NCBI GenBank assembly: GCA_964403725.1
Contig: CAYOHI010000001.1
Coordinates: 46,091 to 97,979, forward strand
DNA from: an uncultured Candidatus Saccharibacteria bacterium
Lineage (GTDB): Bacteria > Patescibacteriota > Minisyncoccia > Portnoybacterales > UBA2143
Length of the DNA stretch: 51,889 nt
Direction: 5' to 3'
Of this stretch, positions 32,989 to 41,968 are shown in pieces (the first letter of the stretch is position 1; every line of letters starts with the position of its first letter). The notes beneath the pieces were generated by a model. That model had not been told where the DNA came from. It saw only the letters and a list, made by a program, of their open reading frames with translations, and searched no databases. Both the position numbers and the translations under genes were made by a program.

Positions 32989-34350
32989 TTAATTATACAG
33001 TCGTTCTTTAATTAAGTTTAACTCATGTTGGAGAGAATCATTACTCTCTATTTCCTTATTGATTTTTTGACAGGCATACATAACAGTGGTGTGGTCACGG
33101 CCGCCTAATTTCTCTCCGATGTATGGATATGATCCATTTAATTCATTCCTAATCAAATACATACTGATCTGTCTTGGTCTGACTAATTGTTTTTTTCTTG
33201 AATGGGTGAATAGATCATCGAATTTAATGTCATAAAAGTCAGATACAGCTTTGAATATCTTCTTACAATTAGTCATTTTCTTTGGAGTATTGATAATCTG
33301 AGAAAGGATTTTAGGAACATTCTTGACTGTCGGAGTGGTATTGGTAATTTGGGAATGAGCGATTATCCTGTTTAAAGCCCCTTCTAATTCTCTAATATTG
33401 CTTTGGATATTCTTAGCGACATATTCTAAAACGTCTTCTGATACCTTATACTTCTTCTCTTCTGTCTTATTCTTAAGGATAGCCAGTCTTGTCTCTAGAT
33501 CCGGCTGGGATATGTCAGCGATCATTCCTCCTTCAAATCTAGACCTTAGCCTGTCTTCTAAAGTTGAAATAGCTTTAGGCGGTCTATCGGAGCTAATGAT
33601 AATCTGCTTATTCTTTTGGTATAGGGCATTGAAAGTATTGAAGAATTCTTCCTGAGTTTTTTCCTTGCCAGCGATGAATTGAATATCATCAATAATCAGG
33701 GTATCGATCTTATGATATTTCTTCTTAAAGGCTTCCATTCCTCTATTACGCAAGGCATCAACCAATTCACCAGTGAATTTTTCAGAACTCAAGTATTTAA
33801 CCTTCTTATTCTTATCTTTCTTAGATAATTCATTTCCAATTGCCTGGAGTAAATGGGTTTTTCCCAAACCGACTCCGCCATAAATAAAAAGGGGGTTGTA
33901 TAAAGTACCAATATGTTTGGTTACCCCCTTGCCAGCTGCTTGAGCTAATTCATTAAAAGATCCAATAATGAAATTATCAAAAGAATATTTAGGATTTAAA
34001 TTAGTTTCTTTGTTAAGATTGAATTCTTGGAAATTCAATTGGCTGTCTATCTGATTGGGTTTTGTCTTCTTTTTTGTTTTGGTATTACTTACAGTTACAG
34101 CTTCATTACCACCGATAACGAATTTTATTTCCTTAACATCAGGTGAATTATTTCTAAGAATCTTAAGAATCAGCTTATTATACTTATTCTCCAACCATTC
34201 TTTAGTAAAGCCATTAGGAGCGCTTACTGTAATCATTCCATCTTTCTTGGAATGGATTTTAGTATTCCTGAACCAAGTAATGAAACTGGCTTTGGATATA
34301 GTTAACTCAACCTCCCCTAAAACAGTTTGCCAAAGATTTTTTAAGTTCAT
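32989..34350 (-). CDS. dnaA: chromosomal replication initiator DnaA
   Basis: 453 aa with Walker A GGVGLGKTHLL, Walker B LIIDDIQF, and sensor and DNA-binding region GGRDHTTVMYACQKI. Confidence 0.96.
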   Translation of the reverse strand: MNLKNLWQTVLGEVELTISKASFITWFRNTKIHSKKDGMITVSAPNGFTKEWLENKYNKLILKILRNNSPDVKEIKFVIGGNEAVTVSNTKTKKKTKPNQIDSQLNFQEFNLNKETNLNPKYSFDNFIIGSFNELAQAAGKGVTKHIGTLYNPLFIYGGVGLGKTHLLQAIGNELSKKDKNKKVKYLSSEKFTGELVDALRNRGMEAFKKKYHKIDTLIIDDIQFIAGKEKTQEEFFNTFNALYQKNKQIIISSDRPPKAISTLEDRLRSRFEGGMIADISQPDLETRLAILKNKTEEKKYKVSEDVLEYVAKNIQSNIRELEGALNRIIAHSQITNTTPTVKNVPKILSQIINTPKKMTNCKKIFKAVSDFYDIKFDDLFTHSRKKQLVRPRQISMYLIRNELNGSYPYIGEKLGGRDHTTVMYACQKINKEIESNDSLQHELNLIKERLYN

Positions 34351-34429
34351 AAAGATAACAGATTAGTAATTTAGACTTATTGTATCATAATAGCAGAAAA
34401 TTCAAAACAACTCAATTTTGTTAATAAGC

Positions 34430-34449
34430 TGTGGATGAAATGTGGAATA
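34430..34449. promoter_or_regulatory. two adjacent degenerate DnaA-box-like sites upstream of dnaA
   Basis: TGTGGATGA (34430-34438, one mismatch) and TGTGGAATA (34441-34449, two mismatches). The flanking TTGTTAAT..CTGTGGAT context is repeated at 32951-32968. Confidence 0.4.
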
Positions 34450-34479
34450 TTTTCGGGTTAATTATTAGAAATATGAAGA

Positions 34480-34508
34480 TTGACTTTATGATTATGAGAT
34501 GCTATTCT
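34480..34508 (+). promoter_or_regulatory. sigma70-like promoter for rpmH
   Basis: TTGACT (34480-34485), 17-nt spacer, TATTCT (34503-34508). The -10 ends 7 nt before the rpmH ATG. Confidence 0.4.
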
Positions 34509-34515
34509 GGAATAT

Positions 34516-34650
34516 ATGTCGCAAACATATAATCCAAAAAAGAAGAAAAGAAAAAAGACTCATGGATTCAAAGCAAGGATGGCCACTTCGTATGGTCGTC
34601 GTGTTTTATCCAAAAGAAGAGCTAAAAAACGGAAGAAACTAACTGTTTAA
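34516..34650 (+). CDS. rpmH: 50S ribosomal protein L34
   Basis: Too short for the ORF track. My translation is [44 protein letters not shown] (44 aa), the classical L34 sequence. Divergent from dnaA and upstream of rnpA. Confidence 0.92.
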   Translation: MSQTYNPKKKKRKKTHGFKARMATSYGRRVLSKRRAKKRKKLTV

Positions 34651-34675
34651 AGTTAGTCATTTTTTAATTTAAAAT

Positions 34676-35017
34676 ATGTTGTCTCGAGAATATAAATTAA
34701 AAAGGGATAATGATTTCAAGAAAGTATTCAATGAAGGAAAGTATTATCGAGATAATTTTATTGGAATCAAATATTTGAAAAATGACTTAGAGTTCAGCCG
34801 TTTTGCTTTTATAGTTGGATTAAAAATTTCAAAAAAAGCTGTAGTAAGAAACAGAGTTAAGCGTCGGCTTGAAGAAATAGTTAGATTGAGTTTAGATCAG
34901 ATTAAGAAAGGTTTTGATATTGTAGTTATGGTTGAATCTCAGATAATCAAGGAGGATTACCAAAAGATAGAAAGTGAGCTTGTTAATGTGCTTGAGAAAA
35001 ATAAATTAATTAACTAA
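34676..35017 (+). CDS. rnpA: RNase P protein component
   Basis: 113 aa with the RNR motif VVRNRVKRRLEEIVR, in rpmH-rnpA-yidC order. Confidence 0.9.
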   Translation: MLSREYKLKRDNDFKKVFNEGKYYRDNFIGIKYLKNDLEFSRFAFIVGLKISKKAVVRNRVKRRLEEIVRLSLDQIKKGFDIVVMVESQIIKEDYQKIESELVNVLEKNKLIN

Positions 35018-35018
35018 T

Positions 35019-35738
35019 ATGGATCTTATAATAACTATTTTCAATGAAAGCCTTTACCGTCCTTTGTTTAACGCCTTGGTTTGGCTTTATAATATAATTC
35101 CCGGAAACGACTTAGGTATCGCTATTATTGTCTTAACAGTAATAATCAGATTAATTCTCTATCCTTTATCCAAAAAAGCGATTCAATCGCAAAAAGCGAT
35201 TAATAAATTGCAGCCTAAAATGAAAGAGATTCAGAAGAAATATAAGAACAAGGAAGAACAGGCCAAAGCGATGATGGAGTTGTATCAGAAGCATAAGGTA
35301 AATCCGATGGCCGGTTGCTTGCCAATATTAATCCAATTGCCTCTTTTGATTGCTTTGTACCAAGTTTTCATTAATGGATTAAAGCCAGAGGCATTAAGCG
35401 CCTTATACAGCTTCATCCCGAGTCCAGAATCATTGAATGTAATGTTTTTAGGATTAATCGATCTCTCTCAAAGAAATATTTTCTTGGCATTATTAGCCGG
35501 TTTCTTCCAATTCATCCAGTCTAAGATGATTATGCCAAAGAATTTAAATACTAAGAAAGGCAAATCTGACAGTATGGATTTCGCATCGATAATGAGCAAG
35601 CAAATGCTGTATTTCATGCCTTTAATCACTATTTTTATTGCTTGGAGTCTGCCGGCTGCCCTACCTCTCTATTGGATAGTAATCACCTTATTCGGCATCC
35701 TGCAGCAACACACCACTAAAAGCGAAATTAAAAATTAA
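35019..35738 (+). CDS. yidC: membrane protein insertase YidC (short, Gram-positive-type)
   Basis: 239 aa with GIAIIVLTVIIRLILYPL, KVNPMAGCLPILIQLPLLIALY and PAALPLYWIV. Confidence 0.9.
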   Translation: MDLIITIFNESLYRPLFNALVWLYNIIPGNDLGIAIIVLTVIIRLILYPLSKKAIQSQKAINKLQPKMKEIQKKYKNKEEQAKAMMELYQKHKVNPMAGCLPILIQLPLLIALYQVFINGLKPEALSALYSFIPSPESLNVMFLGLIDLSQRNIFLALLAGFFQFIQSKMIMPKNLNTKKGKSDSMDFASIMSKQMLYFMPLITIFIAWSLPAALPLYWIVITLFGILQQHTTKSEIKN

Positions 35739-35748
35739 ATTTAAACAT

Positions 35749-36201
35749 ATGGATAAGACAAATATTATTAAAGATACAATCAAAGAATTATTAGAAGCTA
35801 TGAAATTTGATGGAAATATTGCAGTTGATAATCCGCAATCAGACAGCGTTTTGGTTAATGTCCAGACTGAGCAAGCAGGTTTCTTGATTGGTCAAGCTGG
35901 CGCTAATCTGGATGCTTTGCAGCATATTGCCAGGATTCTAGTGAATAAGAAGAATGAAGAACCGGTTCCATTTGTCTTAGATGTGAATAATTATCGCAAA
36001 CACAGGATAGATCTTTTGAAAGATTTAGCTGAGAATATGGCTCGTCAAGCTTTGACAGAAAAAGTGGCTCTGACTCTTCAGCCAATGTCCGCCTATGAAA
36101 GACGAGTTATTCATTTGGCTTTAGTTGATAAGCCAGAGGTAAGTACTGAAAGTGTTGGCTCTGATCTAGAAAGAAGAATAGTTATTAAACCTGTTAAATA
36201 G
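35749..36201 (+). CDS. jag: Jag/KhpB RNA-binding protein (KH + R3H)
   Basis: 150 aa. GFLIGQAGANLDALQHI is KH-like and MSAYERRVIHLAL is R3H. Located downstream of yidC. Confidence 0.85.
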   Translation: MDKTNIIKDTIKELLEAMKFDGNIAVDNPQSDSVLVNVQTEQAGFLIGQAGANLDALQHIARILVNKKNEEPVPFVLDVNNYRKHRIDLLKDLAENMARQALTEKVALTLQPMSAYERRVIHLALVDKPEVSTESVGSDLERRIVIKPVK

Positions 36202-36225
36202 TTTTTATTCATAAGAATAAAAACC

Positions 36226-36504
36226 ATGCTTATTAAAGCTAAAAAAATCATTAATAATAAAGTTGTTACTAGAAGCGGACAACCGCTTGGTAGAGTGGTT
36301 GATTTTGAGGTGGATACTTCCGGCCAGAGAATCGTTAAGTATCATACCCATCAAGACCTGCTTGGTTTTCTGAAGGAGCCATTAATTATTGATGCCGCTC
36401 AAGTTGTTGATATTAAGGATGATGAATTAATCGTTGAAGACGGCTTAGTTTCTCAAAAAATAAGTAAAAAGAAAACAACATCAGACGTAGAATATGTTAG
36501 GTAG
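36226..36504 (+). CDS. PRC-barrel domain protein
   Basis: 92 aa. KVVTRSGQPLGRVVDFEVDTSGQRIVKY is a typical PRC-barrel pattern. Confidence 0.6.
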   Translation: MLIKAKKIINNKVVTRSGQPLGRVVDFEVDTSGQRIVKYHTHQDLLGFLKEPLIIDAAQVVDIKDDELIVEDGLVSQKISKKKTTSDVEYVR

Positions 36505-37897
36505 AAAAATTGCTTTTAATACTATTATCTCAGCTGGGGCTAGGATTATCGGACTAGCCCTTTCTTTAGTCATAATTGGTCTGATTTCTCGATATCTGGG
36601 CCAGGATGGATTTGGGTATTACTCAACTATCTTGGCTTTTTTGTTTTTCTTCAATTCTTTAGCTGATCTGGGCCTTTATTCCATTTGCCTAAGAGAAATA
36701 TCAAGACCCAAAGCAGATGAGGTGAAAGTAATTAGCAATGCTTTTACTCTGAAATTCGTATCTGGTCTGTTTATTTTTGCCCTGTCTCCTATTATTGTTT
36801 ATCTTTTTCCATATCCGGTTGAAGTTAAAGTTGGAGTTTTGATCGGAGCGGTTGGTTTCTGGCTAATGTCTAATCAACATGTTTTAATAGGTATTTTCCA
36901 GAAGTATCTGAGAATGGATAAAGTAGCTTTGGCTGAAGTGATGGGCCGTTTAGTTCAATTAGGATTGGTCCTGTTTTTCGTTAAATATGACTTTGATTTT
37001 CTATATATAGTCAGCGCTTTGGTTTTCGGTTCTTTGGTTAATTTCATTCTGCTCTTTTTATTCGGTCAGAAATATATTCGTATTTCATTTGAATTTGATT
37101 TTAAATTCTGGAAATCTTTACTGAAGGAATCTCTTCCTTTAGCTTTGGCTATTGTCTTTACGATGATCTATTTCAAAGTAGATACAATTATGCTTTCTCT
37201 GATGAAGCCGGTAGCTGATGTAGGGATTTATAATCTGGCTTACAAGTTCTTGGAGAGTCTATTGTTCTTCCCGGCAATGTTTGTCGGCTTGGTCATGCCT
37301 CTGATGTCTGAATATGCTTTTTCAGCTAAAAAGAAATTCAGGAAGATAATCCAGAGGACATCGGATATTTTGTTGATTTTTGCTATTCCTATGGTTATTG
37401 GAGTTATCTTTCTCTCTGAAAATATTGTTGTTCTGATAGCTGGGCCTGATTTCATCCTTTCAGCTGGGGTTTTGAATATTCTGATTGTTGCTGCTGGGAT
37501 TATTTTCCTAGGCGTCCTTTTCTCTAATATGATTATCGTTTTAAAGAAACAAAAGAGCCTGACTTATATTTATGGAGCTGGGGTAATTGTTAATTTGATA
37601 GCCAATTATATTTTTATTCCTAAGTATTCATATTACGGGGCTGCTTGGACAACTCTTTTAACTGAATTAATTGTTACTATTTTAATGCTGTTTGTGATTA
37701 AGAATATTCCTTCTTTTAGGTTTGTTTATAAGTATGTATTGGCTGGTTTGGTTATGGCTCTGGTTTTGTATTATTTCTCTAGCTTGCCTCTGTTTGTTTT
37801 GATTATCCTGTCGATCTTTGTCTATTTTGGCGTTCTGTTCTTAATTAAAGGTTTTTCTGGCAGAGAGGTCTTATACTTAATTAAAAAAGATGTTTAA
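36494..37897 (+). CDS. MOP/Wzx-type polysaccharide flippase
   Basis: 467 aa with about 12-14 TM helices and N-terminus KIAFNTIISAGARIIGLALSLVIIGLISRYLG, typical of polysaccharide biosynthesis (Wzx) proteins. Confidence 0.75.
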   Translation: MLGRKIAFNTIISAGARIIGLALSLVIIGLISRYLGQDGFGYYSTILAFLFFFNSLADLGLYSICLREISRPKADEVKVISNAFTLKFVSGLFIFALSPIIVYLFPYPVEVKVGVLIGAVGFWLMSNQHVLIGIFQKYLRMDKVALAEVMGRLVQLGLVLFFVKYDFDFLYIVSALVFGSLVNFILLFLFGQKYIRISFEFDFKFWKSLLKESLPLALAIVFTMIYFKVDTIMLSLMKPVADVGIYNLAYKFLESLLFFPAMFVGLVMPLMSEYAFSAKKKFRKIIQRTSDILLIFAIPMVIGVIFLSENIVVLIAGPDFILSAGVLNILIVAAGIIFLGVLFSNMIIVLKKQKSLTYIYGAGVIVNLIANYIFIPKYSYYGAAWTTLLTELIVTILMLFVIKNIPSFRFVYKYVLAGLVMALVLYYFSSLPLFVLIILSIFVYFGVLFLIKGFSGREVLYLIKKDV

Positions 37898-39140
37898 CTG
37901 GATCCTTCTCTTAGTTAACTACCTCCCCTTTCAGATAGCTCTGAATCCAAGGGTCGGTTTTGATTTGTCTTCCTTGCGCGTATTTATTCTGCTGTTATTT
38001 ATTTTTTCCTTAATAGAAATCTATTTAAAGAGAAAAAATCTTTACAATCTTCAATTTGCAGGATTGTTTTTGTTTTTAATCTTATCTGGCGTTTCTCTAT
38101 TCGGGGCAGAGAATATTTCCTGGGGATTGAGGAAAGTATTGTTCTTTGTCTCTGTTTTTCCCATGTATCTTTTAATTTTGTTTTTTGTTAATAATTATTT
38201 GAAGACTGATAAGATTATTAGGTTTTTATATATTTCTACGGGCTTATTTGCTTTTATTGGTTTAATTCAGTTCTTATCTCAATTTGTATTCAGTTTAGAG
38301 AGAGTTTATGAATTCTGGTCAATAAATGTCTTGCCGATTTTTTCCGGTTTTAATCTAGGGTCTATGATTTTAGCTTATCCTAGTTGGCTGGTTAATGTGG
38401 GAGGAGAGACGATAATGAGGGCTTTTTCTTTGTTTTCTGATCCCCATATGTTTTCTTTTTACTTAGGCTTGGTTTTGCCATTTTTTGTTTTTCTTTATTT
38501 CAAGGGGTTTAATAGGGTTGTTTTATATTCTATATATTTCTTAATATTCATTACTTTAACACTTACTTTTACAAGAGGTGCTTATTTGGCTATTATTATC
38601 ACTTTTTCTGCATTATTTCTTCTTTTATGGTGGATCAAAGAGAAGAAATTGGCTCTTTTGTTCATTTTATCATTATTGATTTTCATTATTCCGATTACTC
38701 CTGTTTCAGATAGGTTTTATTCATCTTTTGATTTAGATGAAGGCTCTAATGTAGGGAGATTGGAAATGTGGCAGCAGGCTGGAGAAACTGGGTTTGATTA
38801 TTTCTTCTCGGGTGTCGGTTTGGGTAATTATTCGCTTTCAGTCAATTCTGAACTTGATTACCGTAATCCTGTCACTGCTCATAATTTGTATCTGGATATT
38901 TTTTCTGAAATGGGCATATTTGCTCTATTAATCTTATTAATCCTTATTATTGGCACTATTTATCATTTATTTAAGAGAATTAATGGGGATAATGGTTATT
39001 TAGTTATTTCTTTAATTGGCTCACTAGTATATTTCTTGGTTCATAGTGTTTTTGAAACGGCTATTTACAGCCCGAGCGTTTTAGCTCTCTTAATGGTAAT
39101 TTTGGGGCTCTCATCATATGTTACAAAAGATAATCGATAA
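37890..39140 (+). CDS. O-antigen ligase/polymerase-like (Wzy_C domain) membrane protein
   Basis: 416 aa, polytopic. Central TFTRGAYLAII and the loop ...GRLEMWQQA...FFSGVGLGNY...AHNLYLDIFSEMG match the Wzy_C signature. Confidence 0.75.
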   Translation: MFNWILLLVNYLPFQIALNPRVGFDLSSLRVFILLLFIFSLIEIYLKRKNLYNLQFAGLFLFLILSGVSLFGAENISWGLRKVLFFVSVFPMYLLILFFVNNYLKTDKIIRFLYISTGLFAFIGLIQFLSQFVFSLERVYEFWSINVLPIFSGFNLGSMILAYPSWLVNVGGETIMRAFSLFSDPHMFSFYLGLVLPFFVFLYFKGFNRVVLYSIYFLIFITLTLTFTRGAYLAIIITFSALFLLLWWIKEKKLALLFILSLLIFIIPITPVSDRFYSSFDLDEGSNVGRLEMWQQAGETGFDYFFSGVGLGNYSLSVNSELDYRNPVTAHNLYLDIFSEMGIFALLILLILIIGTIYHLFKRINGDNGYLVISLIGSLVYFLVHSVFETAIYSPSVLALLMVILGLSSYVTKDNR

Positions 39141-40266
39141 TTTAATTTATTTGATAGTTTTCTCTCTGCCTCTATATCTGGTTAGTTTCAAGGTTTTTTG
39201 GGTGCCTTTTAATATTTTGGAAATATTGATCTGTGTTTTATTTATCTTTTGGGCTTTTAATTTTAAGGATAGATCTTTGTTCAATTCAAAGATTTTCTTG
39301 CCAATATTATTGATTCTTGTTGGTATAACTGTTTCTGTTTGGGTTTCAAATGATTTAGAGGTTAGTGCTGGCATCTGGAAGGGTTGGTTTATTGTTCCGA
39401 TGCTGTTTTTTATAGTACTTATTGACCGGGTTAAGAAAAGAGATCAGGTTAACAGGATTATTGTTAGCTTAACTTTATCGGGTTTAGTTGTGGCCTTAAT
39501 ATCTCTTTGGTATTGGTTGAGTGGCAATTTGACCTATGATGGAAGATTAAGCGGATTTTATCTTTCAGCTAATTTCTTAGCTATGTATTTGTCCCCTATC
39601 TTAATATTATCCCTGTATTTATTTTCTGTCTTTAAGGAGAGAAAATACAGGATAGGTCTGTTGTTTGTCTATTTTCTATTATCTTTTGTAATCTATTTGA
39701 CTTATTCTTATGGCGCTTGGCTGGGTCTTCTGATAGCTTTTCTTTTTATCTTATTAAAACAAAAAAACAAGAAAATCCTATTGATATTTTCTTTGTTGGT
39801 TATTCTGGTTTCTGTTATCCAGATTCCTAGTTACAAGTTTCAGGGTTTTTTGGATTTGTCTTATCCTTCTCTGCAGTCGCGCTTGGTTATTTGGCAAAGC
39901 GCTTTTGAAATATTGAAAGATAATCTTGTCTTTGGTATTGGACTGGGCATGTTTCAGGAATATTACTTGGCATATCAGGATATGTTTTTGCCTTATCCTG
40001 AATGGGCCGTACCCCAGCCTCATAATATTTTCTTGGCTTTCTGGCTGCAGGCTGGATTATTGGGCTTTGTCGGCTTTGTCTGGCTGTTAGTATATTTCTT
40101 TAAAAAAACAAACCCCAGTCATGTGCTAGGGTCTGTTCTAATAGGTCTTATGGTCTATATCTTAATTCACGGTCTGATTGATACCACTTATTTCAAAAAT
40201 GACTTATCAGTAATATTCTGGCTTGTTATAGCTCTAGGCTATAAAGCAGATTATCTGGCTGATTGA
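39118..40266 (+). CDS. second O-antigen ligase/polymerase-like (Wzy_C domain) membrane protein
   Basis: 382 aa, polytopic. SRLVIWQSAFEI...FGIGLGMF...PHNIFLAFWLQAGLLG. It overlaps the preceding gene by 23 nt. Confidence 0.75.
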   Translation: MLQKIIDNLIYLIVFSLPLYLVSFKVFWVPFNILEILICVLFIFWAFNFKDRSLFNSKIFLPILLILVGITVSVWVSNDLEVSAGIWKGWFIVPMLFFIVLIDRVKKRDQVNRIIVSLTLSGLVVALISLWYWLSGNLTYDGRLSGFYLSANFLAMYLSPILILSLYLFSVFKERKYRIGLLFVYFLLSFVIYLTYSYGAWLGLLIAFLFILLKQKNKKILLIFSLLVILVSVIQIPSYKFQGFLDLSYPSLQSRLVIWQSAFEILKDNLVFGIGLGMFQEYYLAYQDMFLPYPEWAVPQPHNIFLAFWLQAGLLGFVGFVWLLVYFFKKTNPSHVLGSVLIGLMVYILIHGLIDTTYFKNDLSVIFWLVIALGYKADYLAD

Positions 40267-41380
40267 CGAAAATCAGGTAATCTTCCAAAGGAGGTAAGAT
40301 TAATTCCTCTACATTATATATCTTTGTCTCTCCGAGTCCCTGGACTTCAAATATCTTAGTCATTTCTTCTGTTTCTAGGTTGATTCTCCAGAATTCATCA
40401 TTAAATGAAACTTTTTCTTTGTAATAGTCATCTGGCATGACAGCATCGTTGGAGATATTCTTCGGAATAGCGCAGAAAATCGTCCGGTTATCCTGGCTCC
40501 AGATGCATTTCTCTACTAAAGTGACAACATTTAACTCGCTAACAGTCTGGCCATCTAGGTCAGCTATTTTTAATTTCAGATTCTTGCCGTCACTGTCCGT
40601 TTCTGAATAAAGTATCTTATCCCCCATAGGTGACCATAAGGCTGATAAACCATAGGTTTCGTTGATAATTTTTTGGAAATCTCCAGTTGTTGGATTAATG
40701 ACATAGACTACGCTTTCAACAAGGCCGCTAGGCTTGTTTCTGATTGATACCTTATTGGCTACTGGCCACTCTACGATTAAATCCTTCATCCTTGTTTGGA
40801 AGATGGATTCCCAATTCGATCCATCTGGGTTAGCAATGCTGATATTGTTATCCTCAGTAACGGAATTATAGTATTGGTAAGCTATTTTGCTCTGATTTGG
40901 CGACCAGGTTACCCAGCGGACCTCTCCGAGTAAAGGAGTTGATATTTTCGTGTTGTAGTCATAAAGATATTTCTTAATCAATCCATTTTCATCAAAAAGA
41001 GCAATAACTTTATCCTTATCAGGAGACCAGATAGCTTTGATTAGATCACTTAGAACAATAGATGATGTTCTGGTCAGCTCAGCGCCATCAAGGTCCGATT
41101 CGAATACATTACCATTGCTTTTCGAGTAGTACCTGACTTTTTTACCATCTGTAACAGGACTCAAGACTGCCTCTTGGGAAATTTGTTTGAGTTTTCCTTC
41201 AATAGGAGTGTTATTTATTGGATCCGTGCTTGGATCAGAGATCGGTATCTGGCTGGGGTCGTCTGTTGTCGCAGTCGGGTCTGTTTCTTCGTCAGAAGAA
41301 AAGTAATTGTACGCGACCAGACCGGTAATGACCATAACCAAGGCTATTATTAGAATGATGAATATTTGTTTAAGTGACAT
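40226..41380 (-). CDS. membrane-anchored TolB-like beta-propeller (PD40 repeats)
   Basis: 384 aa with an N-terminal TM helix and repeated W-S-P motifs (IWSPDKDKV, VTWSPNQSKIAYQ, ALWSPMGDKILYS, CIWSQDNRTIF). Last gene of the T4SS-like operon. Confidence 0.65.
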   Translation of the reverse strand: MSLKQIFIILIIALVMVITGLVAYNYFSSDEETDPTATTDDPSQIPISDPSTDPINNTPIEGKLKQISQEAVLSPVTDGKKVRYYSKSNGNVFESDLDGAELTRTSSIVLSDLIKAIWSPDKDKVIALFDENGLIKKYLYDYNTKISTPLLGEVRWVTWSPNQSKIAYQYYNSVTEDNNISIANPDGSNWESIFQTRMKDLIVEWPVANKVSIRNKPSGLVESVVYVINPTTGDFQKIINETYGLSALWSPMGDKILYSETDSDGKNLKLKIADLDGQTVSELNVVTLVEKCIWSQDNRTIFCAIPKNISNDAVMPDDYYKEKVSFNDEFWRINLETEEMTKIFEVQGLGETKIYNVEELILPPLEDYLIFVNQPDNLLYSLEL

Positions 41381-41407
41381 ATATTTTTATTAATTAGTAT
41401 TTTGAAA

Positions 41408-41965
41408 TTATCTAGGTATACAGCAGCAAACGTTTGTGTTTGGCGGAGTGCAAAGTCCCTTTAGAGCAGCACAATCCGTAGCACAGTTTCCTGTAGTTCC
41501 ACCTTTTTTATGGAGATCAGTACATGCTGATGCTGATATAGGAGCGCAGATTTGGGGTGAAGGCGGAGCGGGCGGAGATGGCATCATAGTCACACTTGGC
41601 AGGTTAGGTGATTGATTCTGCAACAGTACAGGATTGATAGTATTAAGGATTAAGTAAGCTGCTAGTCCTAGTACTAATCCAGATAGAGCTCCGGTAATGT
41701 AGTCTTTAGCCTTGTCCTTGGAAGTGACTGTGTCTGAGAGCATATAGAGGAATCCTCCATAGACCAGCATGCCCAGTGCTGCTATGCCTACTGCACCCAG
41801 TCCTATGAAGTATATATAGCTCAGATACTGAGGCAATGTGAATGTAGTTGTTGGAGTTGTACCTGGGAGGGTTATCTCTACTTGGTAGCCGGCTGCCTGG
41901 ACATTAAAACAAATGAATAGCGAGAATGCTGCAATGATTAATATTTTTTTAAATTTTAAATTCAT
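41408..41965 (-). CDS. T4SS-type (VirB2/TrbC-topology) pilin with a Cys-rich C-terminal extension
   Basis: 185 aa with signal peptide ...NVQAAG and two hydrophobic helices separated by SDTVTSKDKAKDY. Then a PSPPAPPSPQ linker and a tail with 9 Cys ending VCCCIPR. Confidence 0.65.
   Translation of the reverse strand: MNLKFKKILIIAAFSLFICFNVQAAGYQVEITLPGTTPTTTFTLPQYLSYIYFIGLGAVGIAALGMLVYGGFLYMLSDTVTSKDKAKDYITGALSGLVLGLAAYLILNTINPVLLQNQSPNLPSVTMMPSPPAPPSPQICAPISASACTDLHKKGGTTGNCATDCAALKGLCTPPNTNVCCCIPR
41580..41893 (-). repeat. copy 2 of the 314-bp direct repeat (pilin module)
   Basis: See 27471..27784. The offset between copies is exactly 14,109 bp, in the same orientation. Confidence 0.9.
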
Positions 41966-41968
41966 ATT

